Below the pieces are notes generated by a model that made no database searches, was not told the origin of the DNA, and saw only the letters and a list, made by a program, of their open reading frames with translations. A stretch of DNA of 64,000 nt from Minisyncoccia bacterium (lineage in GTDB: Bacteria; Patescibacteriota; Minisyncoccia; Phycocordibacterales; UBA9973). How positions within the stretch are numbered: the first letter of the stretch is position 1; every line of letters begins with the position of its first letter. The position numbers and the translations under genes were made by a program. The stretch spans positions 33,568 through 97,567 of the forward strand of contig JBGSSJ010000011.1 in the NCBI GenBank assembly GCA_041737125.1. Direction: 5' to 3'. This document shows positions 55,972 to 64,000 of the stretch, in pieces.

Positions 55972-58900
55972 ATTTTATTTTCTACCTCCGGCAGATCTCC
56001 CAGAGGCGACATCTTACTAGAAAAACTATGGTAATTCTGGTAGAGCTTGTCTATGTTTGTATCTATAATTTTCTTGCCGTTTTTGTCTTTGACAATGAGA
56101 GTGCTCCCTTTTGAAACTGCACCAATATTTGCACATGCGATGCCTTTCATCATTTTTTCAAATAGAGATTTATTCTTCTTTGCAACCGTTACAAGTACTC
56201 GCCCCTGGCTCTCAGAGAATAGTGCATTACTTCCTGATGTATATGTACCCGGTAGCTTCTTTATTGAAATATCAGCACCAAGCATTGAGCCTGTACATGC
56301 TTTCGCAAGTGCGCATGCTATTCCTCCAGATGATATAGATAGAGATGAAGCGATGACCCCTGTTTTTATAGCTTTCTCTAATGCTTTGTATGTCTTCTTA
56401 TTCTTCTGCCAATTAACTCTTGGTACTTGTGTACCGATCTTTGTAGTATCATTACCGGCGAGTAATTTATAATATTCTGATGCACCGAGTTCATCGTGCG
56501 TCTCGCCCAACACATATACCAAATCCCCTGCGACTTTCCACTCTGGTGTAACTGCTTTATTTATATCAGGAATTACTCCGATAGCAGAGATAAGTAGCGT
56601 AGGAGGAATAGATATTGAGAGAGGATTCCCCTTCTTGTCGTAGCCTCGGAAGTCATTGAACATACTGTCTTTACCTGAGATGAATGGAGTGCCGTACCCG
56701 ACTGCGTAGTCGTAACATGCGCGAACTGCAAGCACGAGCTCTGCCAAGCGGGACTTATCATAAGAAGAGCACCAGCAGAAGTTATCAAGTATTGCCAAGT
56801 TATCCATGGACGCACCGCAAGCTATAGCATTCCTGATAGCTGTATCGATAGCAGAACCTGCCATATGATATGTGTCGATATCGGAATATGAAGGATATAA
56901 ACCAGTGGATAGAACTACGCCTTTAGTAGATGAAAGTAGTGGCCGGATAACTTGCGCATCAGTGTTCACACGGCCAGGGCCTGACTGAGGTTTGATCACA
57001 GAACCTGCTTGGACTTCATGATCGTATTGTTCTGATATCCAAGCAAAGCCCCCAATGTTCCCAGATCGAAGTAGTGCGAGTAAACTATCAGTCACATTTA
57101 TATTGGTAGGTAACTTTGGCTCTGATAAATTCTTCGGAGTAAGTTCAGAAACAAGTGACCTAGTCGGTAGACCATTGTGGAGGAAGTCCATCGCCATCTT
57201 CATAATGACTTTGCCATTATGTTTAACTACGCAATCTTTCGAATTATTAAATTCTCCAATTCTTACTGCAAGAACTCCGCGTGACTCCATGAGAGCATTA
57301 AATTCCTTCCATTTATTTTTCGGCACAGACAGTGTCATGCGCTCTTGTGATTCTGAAATCCATATCTGCCAAGGAGTGAGTCCTTCATACTTCAGTGGGA
57401 CCTTCTCTATATCTACTACACATCCTCCGCACTCTTTCGCCATCTCGGCTACCGAGCAAGATATACCTCCTGCACCATTATCGGTAATACTTGTGTAGAG
57501 CCCAAGATTGCGTGCTTCTTTGACTATGGCATCGCTTAATTTCTTCTGAGTTATCGGATCACCTATTTGGACCGCTGTCGCAGGACTAGATGAATCCATA
57601 GCTACAGATGAGAACGTAGCTCCGTGTATGCCGTCTGCTCCGACTTTACCTCCGACTATTACTATGTAGTCGCCACTCTGTGCATTCTTCTCGTGTGCAA
57701 GCTTGCCGTTTATTTTCCTTGGGGATAAGCCGACAGTGCCTACGAATACTAGAGGCTTCGCCCGGAAGCGATCGTCATACCTAGCAAATCCTGATACTGT
57801 AGGTATACCAGAGCAGTTACCTCCTACATTTACTCCACGAATAACTCCATCGATAATACGCTTGGGTGGAAGCATTTTCTGTGTTAAATTCTTATCGCGA
57901 TAAAGTGGCCTTGTGTCATCGGGATTTCCGAAGCAGAAGCCGAAAGTATTCCCCACTGGCTTGGCACCTAGACCGAAGCCGATAGTGTCGCGATTCACGC
58001 CGACAATACCTGTAATAGCTCCACCAAATGGATCAAGTGCTGAAGGGCTGTTATGTGTCTCTACTTTGTGTGTAATAATATGATCCTTGTCGAAAACTAT
58101 TCCCCCAGCATTATCAGAGAATACAGAAATACAAAAATCATTATCTCCCTTCTCTTTTCTTATCTTATTTGTCGCGCCTTTGATATAAGTTTTATAAAGT
58201 CCATCTTTGATGTCATCGATAGAATTTGCAAATATTGTATGCTTGCAATGTTCACTCCATGTCTGCGCCAAAGATTCAAGCTCGATATCTGTAGGATTGC
58301 GTTTTAACTTGTGGAAATATTCTTGGATTATCTTCATTGATGCAAGATCAAGAGCAAGTGGCCCACGGCGAGTATTTGATTCTTTGTCAAAAATGCCCTC
58401 CTTCCCTATCTTTATAAGTTCGTCATCAGATACAGAAAGTGCGACTTCTATGACAGGAACTTTCTTTGCTAGTTTGACTGACGGCACAATAGTAGAGAGT
58501 TCATTGTTCTTGATAGAACTTTTCTTAATTATATTAAACCTTTCTATCAGTTGATTATGTAGTGAGTACGCAATCTTCTTCACATCAGATTCACTCACAG
58601 TCCCTGCGATGAAAAATAGTCGTGAAGTGTACACTGCTTCACCCGGGGTAAATGGGCGCTTGATAGTATCGACTATCTCCTCCATAGTAGTATGAGCTAC
58701 ATTGTCTGTAACTCCGGGCATGAACCCAATCTCACATATAAAAGAAAAATTGCCGGAAGGCGGCAAGGTATTAATCGATGATGACTCTATTCTTTTATTT
58801 GTCAGAGCTTGTGCGATATTTGCAAGTTCAGTCTTGGATAGCTTCGCGTCTATAGTGTATGAGTCGACGAGCTCGACTGAAGTGACTTTCCCTGTAAGGT

Positions 58901-58979
58901 CTAGGTTGTTGAATGATTTCTGATACAAATCCCCTCTGCTATCTTTTCTTGTCGGTTTAATATATATCCTCGAAATCAT
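55968..58979 (-). CDS. purL: FGAM synthase synthetase subunit with a PurS-like N-terminal extension
   Basis: QTWSEHCKH, DNAG, KVETHNSPS, DGIHGA, DNGAGG, SESQERM, QYDHEV, SGKDSMFN, FSESQGR; N-terminal PGVTDN. Confidence 0.96.
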   Translation of the reverse strand: MISRIYIKPTRKDSRGDLYQKSFNNLDLTGKVTSVELVDSYTIDAKLSKTELANIAQALTNKRIESSSINTLPPSGNFSFICEIGFMPGVTDNVAHTTMEEIVDTIKRPFTPGEAVYTSRLFFIAGTVSESDVKKIAYSLHNQLIERFNIIKKSSIKNNELSTIVPSVKLAKKVPVIEVALSVSDDELIKIGKEGIFDKESNTRRGPLALDLASMKIIQEYFHKLKRNPTDIELESLAQTWSEHCKHTIFANSIDDIKDGLYKTYIKGATNKIRKEKGDNDFCISVFSDNAGGIVFDKDHIITHKVETHNSPSALDPFGGAITGIVGVNRDTIGFGLGAKPVGNTFGFCFGNPDDTRPLYRDKNLTQKMLPPKRIIDGVIRGVNVGGNCSGIPTVSGFARYDDRFRAKPLVFVGTVGLSPRKINGKLAHEKNAQSGDYIVIVGGKVGADGIHGATFSSVAMDSSSPATAVQIGDPITQKKLSDAIVKEARNLGLYTSITDNGAGGISCSVAEMAKECGGCVVDIEKVPLKYEGLTPWQIWISESQERMTLSVPKNKWKEFNALMESRGVLAVRIGEFNNSKDCVVKHNGKVIMKMAMDFLHNGLPTRSLVSELTPKNLSEPKLPTNINVTDSLLALLRSGNIGGFAWISEQYDHEVQAGSVIKPQSGPGRVNTDAQVIRPLLSSTKGVVLSTGLYPSYSDIDTYHMAGSAIDTAIRNAIACGASMDNLAILDNFCWCSSYDKSRLAELVLAVRACYDYAVGYGTPFISGKDSMFNDFRGYDKKGNPLSISIPPTLLISAIGVIPDINKAVTPEWKVAGDLVYVLGETHDELGASEYYKLLAGNDTTKIGTQVPRVNWQKNKKTYKALEKAIKTGVIASSLSISSGGIACALAKACTGSMLGADISIKKLPGTYTSGSNALFSESQGRVLVTVAKKNKSLFEKMMKGIACANIGAVSKGSTLIVKDKNGKKIIDTNIDKLYQNYHSFSSKMSPLGDLPEVENKI
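55981..56010. repeat. Short double-hairpin element forming the PurL C-terminal extension (SPLGDLPEVE)
   Basis: Minus strand TCGCC-TCT-GGGAGA-TCTGCC-GGA-GGTAGA; GC-rich against an AT-rich context. Confidence 0.55.
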
Positions 58980-59039
58980 GTATGTATTCTATAATAAATT
59001 AGATGTAATTACAAACTAAAAAAATAATGATAAAAATTG

Positions 59040-59126
59040 CGGAGAGGAGAGGATTTGAACCTCCGAAGGCTTTAACACCTTGCTGCCTTTCCAAGGCAGT
59101 GCACTAGACCACTATGCGACCTCTCC
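59040..59126 (-). tRNA. tRNA-Ser(GGA)
   Basis: Acceptor GGAGAGG/CCTCTCC, anticodon arm CTGCC-TTGGAAA-GGCAG, long variable arm, GTTCAAATC T-loop; CCA not fully encoded. Confidence 0.96.
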
Positions 59127-59172
59127 ATAAACTCTAACTAGAATACTTTAAATAAGGCCCTAAATCAATACC

Positions 59173-60042
59173 TTACAATCTATGAGGAAGGTCCCCTATC
59201 TTTTCGAAATGGAACCTATCCAGTCGAGGCTTGAGCATTGCCATCAAGGTCGCTGCTGCATTATATTGCTTTTCTAATAACTTTAAATGCTTGTCAAAAG
59301 AAAAACCAAATAGATTTTGCTTTTCAATAAAGAAGTAGATTTGATTGTCGACTAGCTCGATATCCACCTTTATCTCTTGATCTAGTATTTTTGCGAGTAT
59401 TTCTGGAGTAAATATTTCCAGAGCTTCAATATGATACCCCTCGGGTATAGATACTTGAAAAGATTTCTCAAATTCTAAGGGAACCGAAACCTTTTTACCT
59501 ATATTAAGCCCGTAGCTATCTCTCTTATAATTTAGATAGATATGAGGAAGTGAGCCTTCTACTTTTATAGATATAACAGTATAATTATATGCTTGATAGT
59601 TTTTATCTGTGACAGAGTTTTTCTTCGAAAATGAATATTGAAATATTTTAGTTTGATTTTTACCTTCTTCAAACAATGCAACGTGTTTAATATTATTAAA
59701 ATCACCTTGCTTGAACATTATTGCTTTCTCTGTATTTGGATTACCAGTTTGTTTATACTCACCACCGTTAACTTTGCAAAAATTATACCAGAATTTCCTT
59801 TCAGCCTGCTTAAATACATTACCCAAATAAACACCTAGTAAAAGGAGGGGCGACACAATAATGAAAACTATAGTATCTCCATCTAATCCAAAATTTCTAT
59901 TATCTAGATAGAGGAACTTATATACCGAAAGACAAATTAAAATACTAACCAAAATTAATATTAATGTTACTGGTCTTGTCTTATCGCCAACTTTCTTTAT
60001 CTGCTGATTATGTTCAGAAATTAGGAAATTTAATTTTTTCAT
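59173..60042 (-). CDS. Hypothetical membrane protein (2 TM plus soluble domain)
   Basis: 289 aa; starts 1 nt after the htpX stop; LEFEKSF..ALEIFTPE. Confidence 0.7.
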   Translation of the reverse strand: MKKLNFLISEHNQQIKKVGDKTRPVTLILILVSILICLSVYKFLYLDNRNFGLDGDTIVFIIVSPLLLLGVYLGNVFKQAERKFWYNFCKVNGGEYKQTGNPNTEKAIMFKQGDFNNIKHVALFEEGKNQTKIFQYSFSKKNSVTDKNYQAYNYTVISIKVEGSLPHIYLNYKRDSYGLNIGKKVSVPLEFEKSFQVSIPEGYHIEALEIFTPEILAKILDQEIKVDIELVDNQIYFFIEKQNLFGFSFDKHLKLLEKQYNAAATLMAMLKPRLDRFHFEKIGDLPHRL

Positions 60043-60043
60043 A

Positions 60044-60931
60044 TTACATCCCTCGTAGTATTTTCACTCGTTCTTCTGCAGGAGGATGAGTGGCAAATAA
60101 ACCTTGGACCTTCTTGCCGAAGCTTGAACCCTTCGGATCTGATATATACAAGTGAGCAATAGCTTTCGACTGCTTCTGCATCGGACGAGCGTATTGCTGG
60201 ATCTTCTCGAGCGCTCGAGCAAGCCCTTCTGGGTAGCGAGTAAGGAGTGCACCTGATGCATCGGCTAGGAACTCTCGTTTGCGGGAGATGGCTAGCTGTA
60301 AAAGGACGGCGAAAATTGGTGCAAGTATGGATAGCACTATGCCTACAATCATGAGTACATTACCTCCTTTATTATCGCGATCACCTCCCCCGCCAAATAT
60401 CATACTCCTCATGAACACATCAGCAAGTATTGATACGAATCCGACAAGCACTACCGCCACTGTCGATATGAGCATATCCTTGTTCCCTATGTGTGAGAGC
60501 TCGTGAGCTATGACCCCTTCGAGTTCATTCTTCTCGAGTATTGCGAGTAGCCCCGTAGTCACCGCTACGACCGCATGCTTCGCGTTACGTCCTGTCGCAA
60601 AGGCATTCGGAGCTTGATCTTCTATAACATAGACTTTCGGCATTGGAAGGCCTGCAGTAATGGAAAGATTCTCGACTGTGGTATATAAGTCGAAGTACCG
60701 AGCTCTATCTACCAAGTGTGCGCCAGAGAGCTTGAGCACTATCTTGTCCGAGAACCAGTAAGAAGTGACATTCATAACAATACTGAAAATGACAAAGATA
60801 ACGAGAAGTGATGGGTCCTGATAATAGTAGCTAAAGAACCATCCGAGCCCAATAACAACGATGAAGAACATGGTCATAAGCATCCAAGTCTTCGCAATAT
60901 TCTTTGATTGGTGGGTATAAAGTGTAGCCAT
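60044..60931 (-). CDS. htpX: Zinc metalloprotease HtpX (M48)
   Basis: PNAFATG, HELSH, ISRKREFLAD, ATHP. Confidence 0.96.
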   Translation of the reverse strand: MATLYTHQSKNIAKTWMLMTMFFIVVIGLGWFFSYYYQDPSLLVIFVIFSIVMNVTSYWFSDKIVLKLSGAHLVDRARYFDLYTTVENLSITAGLPMPKVYVIEDQAPNAFATGRNAKHAVVAVTTGLLAILEKNELEGVIAHELSHIGNKDMLISTVAVVLVGFVSILADVFMRSMIFGGGGDRDNKGGNVLMIVGIVLSILAPIFAVLLQLAISRKREFLADASGALLTRYPEGLARALEKIQQYARPMQKQSKAIAHLYISDPKGSSFGKKVQGLFATHPPAEERVKILRGM

Positions 60932-61038
60932 ATATAAATTCTATATTGGGATTATAGCATATTAGCCAAAGTGCCCCAAAGCCCCAAGCTTGACAATTAC
61001 CCTCTAATATGTTAGGGTATGCACAAATCATAATCACA

Positions 61039-61530
61039 ATGAAATACCGTCTCATGCTCGCGATTGCATTAATCGCCACAGTACTTAGCCTCCAATCCTG
61101 CACGAAGGACACAGGAGAAATGCTAAAAAAGAAAATCGTGCATACTGATAGCCCTCCCGAGGACTTGCCAAGAGAGAGTTACATCCCTTATGGTGAAAGT
61201 GAAAAGGGTTTTATTTTTGCCAAAGACCTGGAAAAAATAAAAGAGCAAGGGCACCAATGTAACTATTTCTACGATGCGTCTGATATGCAGTGGTATTCGG
61301 ACCGTTGCGGCAAATGGTACCTGGTTCCTACCTATTTGTATTGGGGGGAGAAAAACGGGGTTATCTATCTTTCTGGAGACAGGAAGTGGATGGCGACCTA
61401 CAAGGACATCCTGCTGGATGTAAATGATGCGATAAGAGGCAAAACTGAGATCTTGGTAAGAATAATGAACCAGACTCAGTGGCAACAAAATGCCGTCAAC
61501 GCAGCATATCAAATATCCTGGGTACCTTAA
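61039..61530 (+). CDS. Putative lipoprotein
   Basis: MKYRLMLAIALIATVLSLQS-C lipobox-like signal; own terminator at 61553-61596. Confidence 0.65.
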   Translation: MKYRLMLAIALIATVLSLQSCTKDTGEMLKKKIVHTDSPPEDLPRESYIPYGESEKGFIFAKDLEKIKEQGHQCNYFYDASDMQWYSDRCGKWYLVPTYLYWGEKNGVIYLSGDRKWMATYKDILLDVNDAIRGKTEILVRIMNQTQWQQNAVNAAYQISWVP

Positions 61531-61552
61531 GCAACTGCCCACACAAAAGAAA

Positions 61553-61596
61553 CAACCGCCAGACGATAATAATTCGTCTGGCTGTTTTTTATTTTA
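61553..61596 (+). terminator. Intrinsic terminator
   Basis: GCCAGACGA-TAATAAT-TCGTCTGGC followed by TGTTTTTTATTTT. Confidence 0.75.
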
Positions 61597-61607
61597 TAAC
61601 GATTTTT

Positions 61608-62573
61608 TTATCTAGGTTTACTCTCTAAATCAGGAGTTGGTATATGTTGGCGACTAAACATATCCCCTATCTTTGCAATAATAAATACTAATAAAATAAC
61701 ATAACTTTCCGAAACAAATCCGAATTTGTAGTTTAAATAAAGAAAAACTATTACACAAAGTATCATTAGTGTATGTTTGATAGGGAGATTGTGGTGCGGG
61801 TTAAAATACTCTGCAAACTCATCGATTGCTAATTTTAATATTTGCTTACGTTCTTCCCAGGATTCATACTTACCAGGGATGGGTGAGAGTTTTAATAAGT
61901 AAGTTGCGTAAGGAATAATATATCCTATGAGCATACCTGAAGCCAAGACATCTATAATATTTAGGTTGGTATTAAAATTTGAGCCAAAGAAAAAGTCCAT
62001 ATCAGAGATACGTAAATGCATTGCGTAAATACCAATGACCATAGCTAGAAAAATAACATAGAAGCTTGCACGTATATATTTATTGATATCTATATTTGTA
62101 TAAATATTGATAATTGATAGTAAAAATATTAGTGTAAATACTATCCAGATTATAGGAGTAACACCAGTTATTAACATTAAATATCCTAACAATACACAAT
62201 AAAGCAGGAATGTCTGTTCATTGATTTTGGGAGAAATATATTTATGTATCCAAGTAGAAAATATACATCCCGTCAGCAACAACACAATTGCAGTATTTAA
62301 ATATACATTATAATAGTATTCCCCATTAGTAGAGAGGAAACCAGTTCCTGCCATAAATACAGATGGGATCATTGCCCAGATTAGATCAGTCCATTTAATT
62401 TGCTTGTTCCTAACAATAGGAAAAATAAATTGTATCAAGTAACCAAAAGAGAAAACTACAAGATATAGTAATCGATCATGCTCTGTTGGGGACTTATAAT
62501 ATTCATATATAAAAGGAATAGTTACTAACCCTAATACTAGGATTATAAATATTAGGGGTAGAAATTTTTTCAT
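61608..62573 (-). CDS. Polytopic membrane protein of unknown function
   Basis: About 9-10 hydrophobic segments. Confidence 0.75.
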   Translation of the reverse strand: MKKFLPLIFIILVLGLVTIPFIYEYYKSPTEHDRLLYLVVFSFGYLIQFIFPIVRNKQIKWTDLIWAMIPSVFMAGTGFLSTNGEYYYNVYLNTAIVLLLTGCIFSTWIHKYISPKINEQTFLLYCVLLGYLMLITGVTPIIWIVFTLIFLLSIINIYTNIDINKYIRASFYVIFLAMVIGIYAMHLRISDMDFFFGSNFNTNLNIIDVLASGMLIGYIIPYATYLLKLSPIPGKYESWEERKQILKLAIDEFAEYFNPHHNLPIKHTLMILCVIVFLYLNYKFGFVSESYVILLVFIIAKIGDMFSRQHIPTPDLESKPR

Positions 62574-62577
62574 AGAG

Positions 62578-63495
62578 TTATTTTACAACGATTGGGATTA
62601 GAACATATTTTACTATATACCCTGCTCTCTCGGATTCATCACGAGGGTCGTCTTGTATAAGTCTTATATAATAATTCCCTGCAGGTATTTTGCTAAAGTC
62701 GAAATCAACAGAGAATGACACATTACCAGTAGTCATCCAGTCCGTAGTAGCATTCGCATAGCCTGGGCCGTATGAAGTCACTTTTTTATTAGCATCGAGG
62801 ATGGAGACTAGGATGTTCCCTTCAAAGAAATATCCACCTTTCATAACTCCGGTTACTTTCACTTTACCTGTCACTTCCTGCCCTGGCTTGATAGAGAATG
62901 ACACCAAGTCCTCCTTATTCCCTTCTATCTGTGGCCACCCGACGAATTTGAAAGTTGAAAGTAAGTTTATGAGTTGACTCTTCTGTTCGCTAGTTACCCC
63001 CGTCCTAAAATCGTAAGCAACGTTTCCTTTCTTCAGCCAGTAAATATCTTGTTCTCCACATTCATAAAGCTTGAACATTGTTTCACCAATTCTTGTATCC
63101 TTTGGTGGACAATCCTTCGCAAATAACATATTACTCTTTTCCCATGTTACGGCATCACTTATATACAAAAGAGTATCACCATTTGGTAAGGATATTGATG
63201 TTACCATAGAACCCGTTTCTTCTTTCGGTATAAACCCTTTCGGCAATTCAATACTAAATCCATGATTTGTGTATGTATAAGTGTCTTTGACTTGTGGTCT
63301 TATCGTTTCATCTTTTTCTTCTAATTCTTTTTGTTCTTCTACCGCTTCTTTATCTCCACCAAGGAAAGAGAAGTATTTCTCCCGATCTTTCGACATCAAC
63401 ATAAGAGCGATAACCATAAGTACTATGAGTACCAATAGAAGCCCAGAGTTTAGCTTTGAGCCGAAGAAATTTTTACCCCAATAATCTTTTTCCAT
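62578..63495 (-). CDS. Membrane-anchored protein with a PsbP-like domain and a C-terminal Gmad2-like Ig domain
   Basis: TM helix; YTNHGFSIELP...LSTFKF; VTG..GGYFFEG..V.ILDANK..A.TDWMT.G.V.F. Confidence 0.65.
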   Translation of the reverse strand: MEKDYWGKNFFGSKLNSGLLLVLIVLMVIALMLMSKDREKYFSFLGGDKEAVEEQKELEEKDETIRPQVKDTYTYTNHGFSIELPKGFIPKEETGSMVTSISLPNGDTLLYISDAVTWEKSNMLFAKDCPPKDTRIGETMFKLYECGEQDIYWLKKGNVAYDFRTGVTSEQKSQLINLLSTFKFVGWPQIEGNKEDLVSFSIKPGQEVTGKVKVTGVMKGGYFFEGNILVSILDANKKVTSYGPGYANATTDWMTTGNVSFSVDFDFSKIPAGNYYIRLIQDDPRDESERAGYIVKYVLIPIVVK

Positions 63496-63565
63496 ACTAG
63501 ATTTTTAATGAATTATTTAATAAAGTGGTTAAAAAAATTATAGTCGCTATGCTCCTTAATTATTT

Positions 63566-64000
63566 CTAAAATTTAACTTCTACATTCTTCTGGGCGACGT
63601 CGTTATCATCAAGGTCGAAGAATTCCATTGCCTTGAATGAGAACATGCCAGAGATAACATTCCCTGGGAACTGTTGGATGCTAGTATTTAAGTCACGAAC
63701 ATTTGCATTGTAGAATCTGCGAGCTGCTTGAATCTTATTCTCTGTATCTGAAAGCTCTCTCTGAAGTTCGAGGAAGTTCGCATTCGCTTTAAGGTCTGGA
63801 TAAGCTTCTGCTATGCCGAAAAGTCCCGTGATAGCTTGGCCTAGGACTGCTTCTGCTTTGCCGTGCTCCCCTGCAGTACGCGCACCCATAGCAGCAGCAC
63901 GAGCCTGAGTCACCTTCTCGAAAGCTGTGGACTCGTGAGTTGCATAGCCTTTGACAGCATTCACCAAGTTCGGAATCAGATCATAACGGCGCTTCAGCTG
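63566..64000 (-). CDS. lemA: LemA family protein (5' end lies beyond the window)
   Basis: QLKRRYDLIPNLVNAVKGYATHE, EAYPDLKAN.NF..LQ.EL..TENKI..ARRFYN, FPGN. Confidence 0.96.
   Translation of the reverse strand, partial: QLKRRYDLIPNLVNAVKGYATHESTAFEKVTQARAAAMGARTAGEHGKAEAVLGQAITGLFGIAEAYPDLKANANFLELQRELSDTENKIQAARRFYNANVRDLNTSIQQFPGNVISGMFSFKAMEFFDLDDNDVAQKNVEVKF

Noticed and set aside
59040-59126. tRNA-anchored integrative element
   Set aside because: No integrase and no duplicate of the tRNA 3' end found by eye in the window.
1-64000. Alternative genetic code (TGA = Gly/Trp)
   Set aside because: Conserved genes are full length under code 11 and TGA ends genes at 16114 and 35341.

Overview
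AT-rich bacterial chromosome segment read with genetic code 11 (TGA is used as a stop). Gene content and reduced proteins (hinge-less short SMC, NusB-Nudix fusion, trimmed PheS/PheT/ThrS, many cohesin/dockerin surface proteins) point by inference to a Patescibacteria/CPR organism, probably Parcubacteria. Layout: translation/RNA housekeeping genes (trmD, KH, rpsP, rnr, smc, rnc, nusB, rpmF, thrS, gyrB; 0.3-14.6 kb); a tightly packed 10-gene, ~18.5 kb cell-surface operon (3249-aa fibre/adhesin with LamG and intramolecular-chaperone-like domains, a class A beta-lactamase-fold protein, two WxL/pilin-like proteins, a DUF916-like anchor, one dockerin and three cohesin proteins; 14.7-33.3 kb); pheT-pheS split by a repeat-flanked four-helix-bundle cassette; a UvrD-nuclease, ABC transporter, murI and M24 peptidase; a near-complete de novo purine cluster (purL-Q-F-N-D-K-E-M-C-B) next to tRNA-Ser(GGA); and htpX...lemA. 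The most unusual signals are (1) the cohesin-dockerin/WxL-like/giant-fibre operon, (2) a dispersed family of multi-hairpin palindromic elements with a conserved junction core, found between pur genes and inserted in frame in pheS and pheT, (3) the four-helix-bundle cassette enclosed by inverted 7-8 nt tandem repeats, and (4) pervasive -10 boxes exactly 6 nt before start codons, suggesting leaderless mRNAs. All family calls come from motif recognition by eye; no database search was run.
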